Assembly (NCBI GenBank): GCA_973895155.1
Contig: OZ316899.1
Location: 16,581,974-16,645,973 of the forward strand
DNA: 64,000 bases
From: Marsupella aquatica
Lineage: Eukaryota > Plantae > Marchantiophyta
Direction: 5' to 3'
Shown: one piece after another, positions 12,520 through 25,652 of the stretch
Position numbering within the stretch: the stretch's first letter is position 1
Layout: the number at the start of each line of letters is the position of its first letter
The notes under the pieces: model-generated
Told to the model about the DNA's origin: nothing
Database searches by the model: none
Seen by the model: only the letters and a program-made list of their open reading frames with translations
Program-made: the position numbers and the translations under genes

Positions 12520-14835
12520 GGAAATACATTTTTGTCATTTATCACCGTTGTCCAAAATGACACAAATAGATTTTTGGTCATTTCAATCATTGTCCAAAGT
12601 GACTACAATGGTGCTAAACACTGATTTATCATTGTTGTTAGGGGTCATTTAAGACATGTGTCTAAATTGACCGTTTTAGGAAAATTGTGTCATTTTTGGT
12701 CGCATCAGTCATTACAAACATTATACAAAATAACGCAAAAGTTATCATTTTGTCATTTCAGTCTATTGGTCATTGTGGACAGTCATTCTCCCATCATTCG
12801 TTTTGTGTCATTAGAAATTTTGGTCACATATTCCTTTCCGTCATTGGGTGATTGGTCATAAAGGGCCCTGTTTTCTTCTAGTGGAAGCAAGAGGCAGGAA
12901 GAAGCCAAAGAAGAGGAGGTTGACCCCATTAATGTTGTTCCAACAAGGGATGACACCTGGAAAGGCTGGGCGGCAACCCTCCCCAAGGAAGTGCAATTAC
13001 ACTTTGCACGTGGAGAGGATGCATGCTTTACGGCTATGCAGACTCGGAAGTACCAGGGCTTCATGGTCGGAGCCGGCTTGGAAGCCTTCGTGAAATTACC
13101 ATGGCTGAAGTCGGAGTTGCCGGATTCAGACTTATTAGAATTTGTGGGATCATGGGAGCCCGAGATCAATTCCACAAGGGTGTATGGGAAGGATTTCTAT
13201 CTCACTCCCCGGGTGATTGCCAAAGCGTTTGGCTTGCCAATGGGCAATAAGACCAAAGTCAATACCAGGAAGACCTTGCTTGACAAGGAGTTCCGGTCGT
13301 TCCCAGGGCCATCAACAAAGAATGGCTTCTTTTGGAACACCTGCACCAACCCGCACATCAAAGAGATGATCGATTTCTTGTAGGTAACCATGCATTGCAA
13401 CTTGCCGAGGCCAGAGATCGGCAAGGCACAGGTCTACCTGGCGGAGAGGCCAAACCCAAGCCGGGACTACAATGGGTACCTCCTCACCCAACTGAAGAAG
13501 ATCTTGAAGGAGGAACAGCAGGTGATCGGCAAGGGAAGCGTGTCCCGGCTTGGCTATCACATGCCGCTGTTGTGCCGGTATGCGCGGAGTCAGATCTTTG
13601 CCCCGGTACTTCCCCTGTAGGCAAGGGCACCAGAGGAGGTTCCGGAACTGAGGCCGGCATTAGAGAAACCCAACCAGCCCGACAGTCCTACGATTGAGCA
13701 GGTGTTTAGGCCGGAAGACTTGCCAATGTAGCAACCAGGCATGCAGAATCTGCTGAAATTGCTGGAGAAGGAAAAGAGGACGGCAACGGCAACTGTTACG
13801 GCAATGGCAACAGCACCGGTATAGGACACTGCTCCAAAGGTAGGCCTAAGCAAACTTACAAGGGAAAACCCCTTTACCGGAGCCAAGGAAAGAAGGAAGC
13901 TGGAACACGAGCCGGGGGTTCGAATGTATGTGGGAGCCGCGAGTCCAGAAGCCGAGGGAGAGCAGCCCAACACTAGTAGAAATTGGGGGGTATTTAGACC
14001 CCATTAAACGACTATTCAGTACCATATAGGACTTGGAAATGACTGGGAAGGACTCCAGTCCTTTATAGGACTATGAGTCGTATGTTTTGTTACTATAATC
14101 AACTGAGTCCTTTATAGAACTGGTTTATAAGTCGTTTTATAGACTGGATTTTCAGTCTATTGTAGTCTTTGTGTGGGTAGGTTTGGTGAGTCTTTTTCAG
14201 TCTTTTATGGGCTGCGATGGTGAGTCGTTGGGAATGACTCAAAAGGTTATGGACGGTAGTCTTTAAGTATACTTTGTGGGTTTATAAAACGACTAAAGTA
14301 GACACTTTGTGGGGTATGTACAAGTCTTTCATGTCAACTGGAAATGAGTGATGAAGACCCCACTATATACTTGGAATGAACTCACTCTTGTGCACAAATA
14401 ACACATTCCATTCATGTTTTATTGTGTACTTGGAATGAACTCACTCTATAAGGTCACCATTCACCATGTTAACATTAGAACCTCACACAAATTTTCAGAA
14501 AGCCATCTTCTATACCATGTACACTAATATGAATTCACAGATTCAAACATCATAGACTACAAAGAAGGTCACAAAGCATTTGTCTATACCATACACACTA
14601 ATATTGAAATGATACAAAACAGATTCAAGTATCATAGACAATCACTATAGAGCCATAGTTTGACATCAATCACTTGTTTCATACATACAGAACTCAGAAA
14701 TATCAATGTCACACACAACGGCTCCTTCATCCTCTTTACCAAATGGAAAAATTGGTACAGATATTTCTTGGATCTTTCCAAGGCAATGTCAAAATGTAAC
14801 ACAATTCACATGATTCTATCTACACTTGTATTCAG

Positions 14836-17800
14836 TCACTGCAGACTAACACACTCTGCTGGCCAGAGCACAAGAGATCCTACTGCATCTGCAATTATTT
14901 CCTGAGGTGGATCATCGTCTCTATTCGGAAATGGCAAATTACAATCAGATACAATCACTGTAGTCAACAACACTACTACATGGTCATCCGGGACCACTTT
15001 GCCATGGAATTTAGCATGATCCGGTCGCAAAATGCCTGTACCCACACATACCTGCGAGTCATCCTCCCATGATAGAAGATTATGGACTGGCTCTGCTGTG
15101 GCTATCACCTCCACCTTACCCTGGCTGTTTTTCTTGGCTTTCCTAGGTGGATTATACATGACATTATTCATACCTTGGTTGCGAGTCATGACTTTGGCAC
15201 GAGTGTTTTGTGCTGGTGATCGAGAATTGGCTACACTCTTCTTCAAAGAATCTGCATCCATATTTGACACTTCCGATTGTGTAGCAGGATTTCCCTGCGA
15301 CATCATCTCAGTATCTGCCAACATTGCACTTGCTTCAATTGAAGCATCTACAATCTTACTTGCATCCAATGTTGCTCCCAAGTTTCGACGTCGCTTCACC
15401 CTGCTCCCACTTGGTTGAGAGTCTGTCAACTCTGCATCAACTACAATTCAGTGCATTGTCCAACATAAGTGAATCACTCATCACATGTGCGCCATGTACA
15501 TGTCACCAACCACAAAGTTGTCACTATCTCCTTACCATTATGAATAGCCTTCTTCCCCTTCTTTGCCATTGCCATATCCTCCATGTTTGCTTCTGCTGAT
15601 CAATAAACACACCACAATATTCAGGTTCAATCTATTAACCACTGAATTGTTTCTCAACAATGGTAGGAGAGGAATTTAAAGCATCAGCTTACCTGATACC
15701 TCCTTGGCTATGGTCACTGAGGCACTGGGCACATCTTTTTCATTGCTCTTTGAATCACCTGATACATCAATCATGATGTCACTTTAGATCCCAGTTGATC
15801 CAACCAGTTCTTACAGAAAAGATTACCTCCAACCGGCTTAAGCTTCACAAAACTCCATGCACTTTTCAAATGTAATGTACTGGATCATAGTAGGTTACCT
15901 GTCTCAGCAACCTTTTTGCCATTCTGCTTACTGATTATAGGGTCCTTCTCTGCCTCCACTCTTCCTGCATTCAAACCATTCACTCAATTCATGAAAACTT
16001 ACTTCTAACATTTGAACATAGGACACAATGAACAATGGGCCGGTGTCATTTCCATACCTGTGTCAGATTTGCCAATTCCCTTTTTTGTTAACAAGGGCAC
16101 ACTTTGTACAATGTTGCCCTCATTGTTTGGTTGGGAACCACCCAATTTTTCAATCACAAGCTTGAAATTAGATTCCACTGATGCAAGAAGGTTTGCTACA
16201 GATGCCTCCACAATATCCAAACGATCAGCCAATTTACTTTCCACTCGAGGGAGTCCACACTCTAATGACTTCAACCGTTCACACATCTCTGTGAGAGTTG
16301 TAACAGTTCCCTGTCATAACACAGCTTACATATCTCAGATAATTGTCCCCAAGAACTGGTTGCTTACTTCCTACTACAATTCTTTCTGATGCTGAAGGCC
16401 AAATAGTCATAGAACATATAGAATTACAACATAATCACCTGTTTGGAAGTCACACTTGTCACCTCACTCCTTTGTTTCATGAACTCCTCTCTCACTTCTT
16501 GTGCTGATGGTTCTTCACCTGTCAATTTCTTCTGCAGTCCACATCAACATACATATGAATGAAACCAAGTGTTGATTGTCAATGAAAATGTAATAATGGT
16601 AGCAAGATGATAAGTTTGAGGCTTACTATCAGGCATGTCACTGCCTTACCAATTGTTCTTTCACTGGAGCATAACTTCCTCTCCCAGCCTGTGACAGGTG
16701 TTTCACTTTGCCTCGAGCATTTGACATCAGTTCACTCTTGCTCTGCCCAGCCTCCGACATGAACCCTTTGATTAACCGTGTCCATTGATCCAATTCCAAT
16801 GATGGGGGTGGTGGATTCTCCTGTTAGAACCATTGTCTATCCACATCCTTTTCAACCTATGCCTCTCTTGTTTCAAAATCCTCATTGCATAATCTGATAT
16901 GCAATCTTCAACTGGGCCCTTACCATCATTACCAACATAGTCCCACCATTCAAGAATGTCCTTGCAGATAGCAGCCCAATCAGCTTTGTTCTGACTCCTA
17001 AACTCTGTAATGCTCAAATCTAACCAACGCAATACTTCTCCTCTTAGGTCAGAATGCCAACGGTTCTTACCATCACATGTGGGAGTTATCCAACCATCGG
17101 AATTCACTTCTACTTTACCAAATTTGTTACTGTCTCCTGCCTTGAAACTCCTTAAAGCGCTACTAGGTGTCCCTCCACGGCCTGGGGTCCCTCCACGGCT
17201 TGGATTGCATTGTCCAAACCTCCCTGGAGTCCCTGCACATTTACAGGATCCATTAGGTAAGTATGAATCATAAATCCTGCTGCCAAATATACACTGGACT
17301 TCAAAGCAATTCTGCAATGACCAAGTTACCTCTCCCTTGGCGCATAGATGATTCTGGACCACCTGTCCTATTGCTTTGTCTTGATGAATTAGGGCCGTTT
17401 CTCCCGCCTGTGAATGATTGCCTCCTATCTGAACGTGGATGGCCTTTGTTGTTTTTGTGATTGTCCCAATCAGAGTCTGCATACCAACAGGTACATGCCA
17501 CACTCATGGACCTGTAAGATAAACTCTTTGCCCTAGCTACACATCAGATAAGTGCATATTGAGCTAAATCTCTACTACCATCACAAAATCACTAGCACAA
17601 GGCACTTACTTGTCCAATCATCCTCCTCACCTTTCCATTGCCCTCTGTACCCGTCTCTACCACGCTCTGGGTGTTCATATTCATCCCATCCATCTTCTGC
17701 TCCATCATAGTCATCATCATAATTATCAGGCGTCCCTTGCCAATAACTCTGGCTCCTTCTAGGGTATGGATTATGTGATTTCTCTCTAGCTGCCCACCTA

Positions 17801-17950
17801 CCTGGGACTTGATGAGGGCCCTGTGCATCCTGCACAGGTGCATTTTTCTGTGAGCCCCCTGCATCTGGGTCTCCATCCATATCCAATCTTTCCTCTTCAC
17901 CCCACTCTCCAAGCCCCATGTCTGTCTCCATGTCATCACCCTCTTCCCCC
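14836..17950 (-). pseudogene. tnpA: CACTA ORF2 / TnpA-like multi-exon gene, frameshifted
   Basis: Lies downstream of the transposase. Acidic N-terminus, GRGG repeats, helical domain RWHSDLRGEVLRWLD. The C-terminal ...LPFPNRDDDPPQEIIADAVGSLVLWP resembles the Tnp1/En/Spm-type terminal domain. A 1-bp loss near 16815 relative to copy 3 shifts the frame. Exon structure is uncertain. Confidence 0.65.
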
Positions 17951-18129
17951 ATAGCTTCTGCACAGCACCCACAACCAAACAAAGAGAATTAGCACACTAA
18001 ATTCAAAGTATCAATCAATTTCATGCATATCCAACTATCCTAAACATCATTCCAGGCAGCAATTCCCGTTCTGTGACTCTGTGCAGGTAGTCATCCTCAA
18101 CCTCATACTTGCCAATCACCAGCTGTTGC

Positions 18130-21100
18130 CTATTGCACATCATCAACCTCATCATATTCCATTTGCCCAGGTTCATCATATGTCTCTCTCAATGTTAAGG
18201 GGATGTAGTCAGTCCCTGCCCGAGTTGGAAGTACAGTCTCGTGACTAGGATGCTCGAATGCAGCATGGTCATCCAAACTGAACTCTACTTTACTTCCATC
18301 CATCCGCCTGTTCTGTGCTTGGCTATGGCATACCACCCTCCAGCCATGTGACTCCTCCACATCTGCAAAGAAAGCCTGTTCAACTTGGCTAGGGAAAACA
18401 AAAGGCTCAAACCATTCTGGTACTCTGGACCTAAAATTGGCCAACAAGAACCCATCATGATCACGCTTCATGGTGGCCCTTGGTCTCTGCCACTCTGATT
18501 TCACCCATGATCCCTTCATCAATATCACTGGGACACTTGTGTTACCATAATTCAACACCCAAATGTCGGTCAACTCCCCCACGTAACCCATCTTCATCCA
18601 CCCCCTCTGTTCTTCAGAGGTTCTCTGCTCAAACACATAAATCAAACCACAATCATATGATACACAATGGTCACCCTGCTCATCCCTCACTCGATAATGA
18701 TTTCCATAAGCTCTCATCCGTTTGTAGGTCAGAATAGACAATCGTGGTGGCACAGATAGAAGATACAAATCCTTCTCCATATCTGGGTGATGTCTACTAT
18801 GCTCTCGAATTGTCACCCGAATCCACTGCTCGAACTGTGGGAAGGGATCCTGCTGCCCAGAGTGTGCAGCTTTTTGCATATCATATTCCCTGCAATATGA
18901 GGTACAGGCATAGTTAGGTCTAAACAACACATGACAACCTAAGATCACCCTTGGAACAGACAAGAAGCATCACAACAAAGGCAAGTCAATTCAATCACTC
19001 ACCTCCACCATGGTTGCATAGGCTATGTGTTTGCCAGCACATATGAATGAGCCTTGTCTCGAATCGCAACAGGCAGCTGAACAGCACGTCCCACACCTTC
19101 AACAACCTCGCCACACACTCCATCATCTTCACCAGATTTCCAAACTCTTGTCATAGCTTCACCAGACCCAGCCATGTACTCTGTTAGGAACCCCAACGTC
19201 TCATCCTTAATGTACCCCAATGCCATGGAAGCCTCTGGCCTGTAGTATGTTCTCACATGACCTTTCAACAACTTCATGTATCGCTCCATAGGGTACATCC
19301 ATCTGGTACTGACTGGCCCATACCGCCCTAGCTCTTCTACCACATGGATTAGGAGATGAGTCATAACATCAAAGAAACCAGGGGGAAGTATATCTCCAAG
19401 TCACAGAGGACATAAGCAGCATCCTGCTTCAACTGCTCCAATCCTTGGGGATCCCACACTTTCACACATATACGGCGAAATACATTGCACAGTCAAAGAA
19501 TGACATTACGGACTGGTTTCTACATGAGACCTCTGAGGCATAGGGGCAGAATGTGTTGCATCAACACATGGTAGTCATGTGTTTTCATACTGCCAAGTTT
19601 ATTCTTTGTAATATGCTTCTTGAAGGCACCAGCATAGCCAGAGGGCACTTTCAGACAACTCAATCTATACAAGAATGTCTTCCATTCTTCCCGTGTGCAC
19701 ACATAGGGAGCTTGGAACTTGAGAAGTACATTGGGATTGCTTGCATGGGGCTTCAACCAAAGGTGAGGGCAAATCCCCTTCTGTTGCATATCAGCTCGGA
19801 CTGCTCCTGTATCTTTCTCACCCGACAAGAACTTCAGCAAGCTCTCACAAATATTTTTCTCAATGTGCATGACGTCCACATTGTGTTTGCTGGGCTCGAA
19901 TTCCTGCACTCCACAAAGCAAAGAATTCAACAACAGAAACACTAATTAACCACATAGGAGGATTGTAACCAACATCAATCCACCATTGCTCCAATCTAAA
20001 ATTGCAATCATACAGGGGCTGGAGGCTAAGTACATTACCCTCCAGTACCCCAACTCCAAGTCCATCAAGGTCTGTCTTTTCACACCATGTTTCACCATTG
20101 GATCCTCAGGTTCTCGATCAGTGGCACTTCTCTTGTCCCAATCAGCCTTCCTGGCTGCCCACCTTAGGACTTGCTCTCTGGTGACCCTCTGTGGTGGGCC
20201 ACGAAGCTCTGTTTTGTTGTTGAAGTGTGCAATTTGAGACCGTGTGTGCCTGTAAGGATGATCAGCAGATACCTTCTATGCCCCTGAAATTTCATACTGT
20301 GCAGGGCATGCGACCACTCACTTGTCACATTTTTCCCACATGGTGTGCACCCCACATAGCCCTTTGTCACTCGTCCAGATATGATGCCATGGCCTGGGTA
20401 ATCTGCTATATCCAGCAAACAAATTGCATGTAGTCTAAAGGGGCTGGGTCGAAGAAGCCCCTTCAGAACATCATGGGTTAATCCACAAAGTCTTCCACTC
20501 TTCCACTGCTAGAGCCAACATGATATCTATGAATTGCTCGGTCACAGAAGCTGGTCCAGGGATTAACAGGACCATCATGACAAAAAACCTCTTTGTAGTC
20601 ATCCATGGGGGAAGGTTGTAATTTAGCAGCGTAACCGGCCAACATGAATAACAGTTGTTTTTGTCTCCAAATGGGTTTACTCCATCCAGTGATAGACCAA
20701 ATCAAAAGTTCCGCTTCTCTGCAACAAACTGTGGCCACCTCTCATCAACAAATTTCCAATGGTTGGAATCTCCAATGTGACGCTGCAGGCCATCACTGCT
20801 CTTGTTATCAGGAGTCCATGTCATCAGCTTGGAAATGTCAGGGCATCTAAATAGACGTTGTAGTCTAGGAATGAGAGGAAAATGACGAATAACCTTGGCA
20901 GGGTGTGTACATTTCCCTACATTCTTGTACCTGTGCTTACCACAATGAGGGCATGTCAATTTATCTGCATGCTCTTTGCGAAAGAGAACACACCCGTCAG
21001 GGCATGCGTCAATAGACACATAGTTCAGCCCAAGGTTAGACATCAATTTCCTAGCCTCGTACATATTTTTTGGAATTGAATTACCATCTGGTAACACATT

Positions 21101-21816
21101 TCGGCGCAGGAAGGTCAACAACTCTGTCACAAATATATTGGGAACATTGTGATTGCCACAGATGTTCAACAACAACACGACAAAACCCAGCTTGGAGCAG
21201 TTTGACCCCTCGTAGATAGGAATGCAAGCTTCTTTGATGTGTTTTGGGCCCCCAAACACCCACTCCCTCTCTGCTGCACCTTCCCCAATGTCAAAGTCAG
21301 GTTCAGCTTGGCCGTCTCCAATGTGTGGCTGCGGTTCATTGTCCTCTTCTGATTCCACTGTGTCGTAAAAAGCATCAAGGTCTTCAAAAATCTCTTGAAC
21401 CATTCTGGGGACATCCATATCCCACCGTCCTCAGTGACTGCCTCTGCATCTCCATCTTGGTCATCCACGTTCTCATGTTGGACCCCAGGACCATCCTCTG
21501 CACAGTCTATGTCCTGCTCTATGTAGTCTCTATGCCTAGCTTTATTAGAATCCACAAAGTCAGCTCTCCACTCTTCATCAGAGGAGTCTTCTTCTGCTGG
21601 TACATTCCAAACCCTCCACCGAGGGTGCCTTCCATGCCGCAGCAGGTGAAGGTGCACAATGTTCAAACTCAACGACTTGAATCCTTGGCACTGTGTGCAT
21701 GGGCATCTCATCCTCCTACTCCTACCTTGGGCGGCCCGGGCTTGTTCACGCATCCACAATTTAGAATCATGATGCCTAATCCTAAATGGGTTGTGAAGAG
21801 GCAACCTTGGAGCCAT
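18130..21816 (-). pseudogene. tnpD: CACTA transposase (TnpD/Tnp2), disrupted copy
   Basis: Motifs IDACPDGCVLF, RHFPLIPRLQRLF, HNVDVMHIEKNICE, MKTHDYHVLMQ, RWMYPMERYM. Multiple frameshifts and stops (e.g. ~21419, 20702, 19520, 19023) relative to copy 3. Confidence 0.95.
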
Positions 21817-22147
21817 CACTATACACACGCACTCAGCACCCTGTCATTTTATTATGCAAGTGAAAAATACACTTCCTGTTAAGGATTTCACCCCCGACTG
21901 TACTTGCCAAAATACATAGCATAACGTTCCAAAAAAACAAAAAAACAAAAAATATAGGTGCCTGAGTCATGTACCTATTCTCAAGTGAATGAGACAAAAT
22001 TCCTAAATGTTTGAGGGTGTCAACTCCTCCGCTGTCCTCACATGTACTGCCTCTGCACGTACATCCATGACCATATCAGAGTCCAATCATGTATAGTCAT
22101 AGACACAGGTGCCAGGTGCGAGACCGGTGTGAGATATCCTCATCTTA

Positions 22148-22717
22148 CTACCACATCAAATACGGATACCAATCCTGTTGTCGATGCCACTCAGCCCTGA
22201 GGTACTCAGGCATGTACATTAAGTCATCAAGGTCTAAACCTTGCTCATGCCATGGTGGTCTTTGATCCGTGCCTACAAGCAGTGGCAGCAGTGCCCTCCA
22301 TGGTGCACATGTTGCTACCAAGTCCCTCCACTGGGTACTAATTAGTCTATATTAGCAGATATCTTGTGCGCCAGACACCACAAGAACCCTCGGCCAGACA
22401 TGTGTAAGAACTATATCATCTGCCAAATCAGGCAACAAGGAACCACCTACAGCATTGTGCTTGTCTAACTCATCTGCTGAAAAGTAAATGTCCTCTTCGG
22501 ACTGTGCATCCTCATTCACCACAGCATTCACAACACATCCAAGGTCTGCAGGCATTATCTCGGATGGAGCTACACTCTGTCTGGTTACCAATCCACACAA
22601 GTAAGCCCAAGTAGTAGCCATGCACGATGCAACCCGTAGGAGGACCCTACATAGGGCCTGACGGTCTGGAAGAGGCAGCATACCCACCAAAGTCTTCAAC
22701 CAAACAGAGCCCAGCAA
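22148..22717 (-). pseudogene. F-box-like protein (cargo), internal stop at 22352
   Basis: LLPDLADDIVLTHVWPRV..GAQDIC(K)YRLISTQWRDLV matches the F-box pattern. The stop TAA is AAA (Lys) in the sister copy at ~53860. Confidence 0.65.
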
Positions 22718-22893
22718 GTAGATTCACAGTCACACCCCACGCAGCAGGAAACAACAATCACTTCAACTGCGACCAACCATGACAAGATGAGTTAGTTCAA
22801 GGATCACATTTATTACAAAATTGTGATTTATACAAAAATATGAGGGACTCCTACTCCTCACTCTCTCCCACCTTTGCTAAGCATACATCTCCA

Positions 22894-23721
22894 CTAAATC
22901 TTGGAGGGCCAGGCCTCAAAAATATTAAAGTCCCAAGCATTCTGTCGCTTCCCTCTAGCTGCTGATTCCAGAAGCCAATCAGGGGAAAGCACCCAAAGAT
23001 TGTTGTTCATGACAAAATGACGCACTATTGTCTTAAAGAATTTTCTGCATATTTTCATGTATGACAGACCTACAACATGAGTGGAGGTTTCTGTTAGACT
23101 CTCCTCCACTGTCCCACCTAGCTTAACAACTATGGACTTGTACAGTCTGCACTTAGTCTCCCCAATTCCTTCTTCTGCAAATACCACACTGAACCCCTTC
23201 ATAATCGTATTTCTCTCCTTGCCATGCTCATTCAATATAGCATCTGCACGCATAGGATGGTGTCCTATGTTGACAACAGGTCCATATTGGACAGAAGCAA
23301 AGTTGGGTTTCTCTACCGCTGCTTCATAGGCTTCCTTTTCAGCCAAAGCCTCTATAGTGGCCTCCTCACTCTCCCACAACTCATATTGCTCAGTACTCTG
23401 TACACACCTATGTTTAACAAAATCGGTCAGCCAAGAGACTTCAACTACTTTTAGACCTTGGTTGGTAATGGCAGAATCAATGAAGGACCATGACCACTTG
23501 TTCATCACATCCAGCCATGTCCCCGCAACAACATGTGTAGTCTGTGGAGTGATGTCCTTGACTTCAGTCCCATGGAACTCTGAGAATCGTTTTTGTACGA
23601 TTGGCCAACTCACTTGGGTGAACCCATAGTGGCCAGGAATCAAAATGGCTTTGATTCCAGCCAACCAAGGCGGGTGGTCAACCTTTGTACGTTTCCTAGA
23701 GGCCATGTACACACGGGCCAC
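22894..23721 (-). CDS. Tandem-BRCT-domain protein (cargo), 275 aa, single ORF
   Basis: Two repeats carry BRCT hallmarks: FHGTEVKDITPQTTHVVA...VVEVSWLTDF..EQYEL and LGGTVEESLTETSTHVVG...VLSPDWLLES..WDF. N-terminal RKRTK is NLS-like. Confidence 0.85.
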   Translation of the reverse strand: MARVYMASRKRTKVDHPPWLAGIKAILIPGHYGFTQVSWPIVQKRFSEFHGTEVKDITPQTTHVVAGTWLDVMNKWSWSFIDSAITNQGLKVVEVSWLTDFVKHRCVQSTEQYELWESEEATIEALAEKEAYEAAVEKPNFASVQYGPVVNIGHHPMRADAILNEHGKERNTIMKGFSVVFAEEGIGETKCRLYKSIVVKLGGTVEESLTETSTHVVGLSYMKICRKFFKTIVRHFVMNNNLWVLSPDWLLESAARGKRQNAWDFNIFEAWPSKI

Positions 23722-24304
23722 CTAATCACTGCAGACCGAAAGATAATGCGTTCACCTGATAATCGGAGGGCCCTTAAAATGCTGCATTTATAACTTGGTC
23801 CAGTCCAGTCGTCTGGTGAGTCTCTGCTCTGATTCCAAACGGGAGAAATATTGGGACAAACGTACTAGACACCTGCAAGCATGCACCTCATAGTTTGAAT
23901 ATGTGCCTTCACAATATTGAAGGTGACAAGTGCAATTGTTTTGTGATGCCACATACAGATGTTGTAAATGGGCAGACATTCAATGAGAATACAAAATGTT
24001 GGTACACTTTAAGGGAATTATCGCAAATTAAATAGCCTTGTAACTTATATGCTCATAATGAGAAGTCCTGATTTAATTTAAGCAGTGTCATGTAAGTCGT
24101 GATCAAAATGATTGCAGAGTTAAAAAAGTTCCTAGAAGGCTTAAGGGGAGTTTTTGAAGGCATGTACCCAGGAACAAGTAATGAACTTAGGGTACTTGTT
24201 GCCTAAGCATCCTCTCCTACAGAGGTCCTTCTTCTCAAAATTGGAATGTCTGCAATCTCCAAGGTATCCACATCAGGTGCACTATGCATGTACATTATTC
24301 AGGT

Positions 24305-24985
24305 TCAAAGCCAAGAAATGTGATCTCTCATGGGAGTGTGCAAAGTAGGATCTATGGCATGGCAATGACAATAGAAGATCCATCGATCAACACCATGTGT
24401 AGAGTGATGATAGATGTGTCTGTCACAAGCATAGCCTTCTGCTTGACGCTCCTTCAAACAATGAAAGTGCCACATGGTGGGACACCTAACACAGTGGACT
24501 ATGTCCACCCAAAAATCTTCATCGTGCTGACCACATGCCTTGCACTTATGAAGTGGGCAAGCTGTGGCAAGATCGGGCAAACATGAAAAACAAAAGAACC
24601 TCACACAACATCTGTCAGGGCATTTCCTAACAAGTGGTGGAGCATCAACAGAGCCCTCATAAGACCCCAACTTCCCACACTGTGCACACTTAGCCTGCTT
24701 CTCCAAACAATCAGTGCACATCCAGCCTCCTTGGTGTGCTGACGGGAGGCCCACCCCTGGACAGTTGTTTTCTGCAGCAAGGTCAGACTCCGGGTTGAGG
24801 TGGAAATGCCTCATGCAAGGGCCCTCACATATGGCTAAGCCCCCACCATCGTCACAAATGGCACAACAATGAGCTGCCTTCTGGAAAATCTGACGTGCAG
24901 AGAAGTTACTACCATCTGGCCCAACTACACCTATGTTGCTCACCTCTGTCCCCCGCTTCTTGGCTCGGATTTTAGGGTGTGCCAT
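24305..24985 (-). CDS. EDM2-like composite PHD-finger protein (cargo), 226 aa, single ORF
   Basis: CAICDDGG...CEGPCMRHFH...C..C....C..CGKLGS...CPLHKCKAC...CVRCPTMWHFHCL...IFYCHCHAIDPTLHTPMRDHI follows, in order, the PHD cassette recalled for Arabidopsis EDM2 (CAICDNGG, CPLHKC, CRRCPKSYH, IYC..H.ID..L.TP.RDH). Confidence 0.85.
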   Translation of the reverse strand: MAHPKIRAKKRGTEVSNIGVVGPDGSNFSARQIFQKAAHCCAICDDGGGLAICEGPCMRHFHLNPESDLAAENNCPGVGLPSAHQGGWMCTDCLEKQAKCAQCGKLGSYEGSVDAPPLVRKCPDRCCVRFFCFSCLPDLATACPLHKCKACGQHDEDFWVDIVHCVRCPTMWHFHCLKERQAEGYACDRHIYHHSTHGVDRWIFYCHCHAIDPTLHTPMRDHISWL

Positions 24986-25652
24986 GCCTACGCATGAGAC
25001 AGATAGTACAATTTAGCAGAGTGCACAGACAATACAATTTAGCAGTGTACAAAAAGTATAGTGTAGCATATAGACTAGAGTGGCAATTGCTACTGCAATG
25101 AAATGTTCACACACATGTGCAGAGTAGACATACTTTTTGGTTTGTTGAGCCCACACTAAAAACTGATCCCCTCGTACAATAGCTCCACCTACACCTCAAT
25201 TTTGTGGCTATGATTCACCAAAGGAGATCCGCAACAAGATTTAATGCATTTGAATCACATATAACAATCGTGACATGTAAAACAGGCATTTTTTGAACAG
25301 GATTGGTATCAAGCAGTGTGATCAGGGTTGTAATTTATACATCCTAAACAGGCTATGATAGTGAATGAGACAAATAAGTTAGGCATAAATCACTTTTTCC
25401 AGGACATCACATGGCCCATTAATTCCAGTCTTTGAAAGGAGACTTTTAAGTGAGCTTGCTAGCCTCTTAAATTAGGATATTGTACTTAGTGCAGCCATAA
25501 TAGGATAAGTTATGTACTGTTGACCGTAAACCCTGGACCCAAAATTGCTCATAATTCAAAATCTTAAGTAAATATCCTCTCTGTTCAAGTCAAAGTGTTA
25601 AGTTATAGGTCAATGGTCTCTGGTCTGTGCATGCGGTGTGACAAGTGGTCCT

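Larger units (their letters stand above)
1..12883. mobile_element. CACTA (En/Spm) DNA transposon 1, right portion only (left end outside window)
   Basis: Ends in ...ccctgttttcttctagtg at 12883 (reverse complement CACTAGAAGAAAACAGGG). It is preceded by kilobases of dense GTCAT/ATGAC subterminal motifs that continue across the copia insertion. Composition switches abruptly to a different ORF at 12884. Confidence 0.75.
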
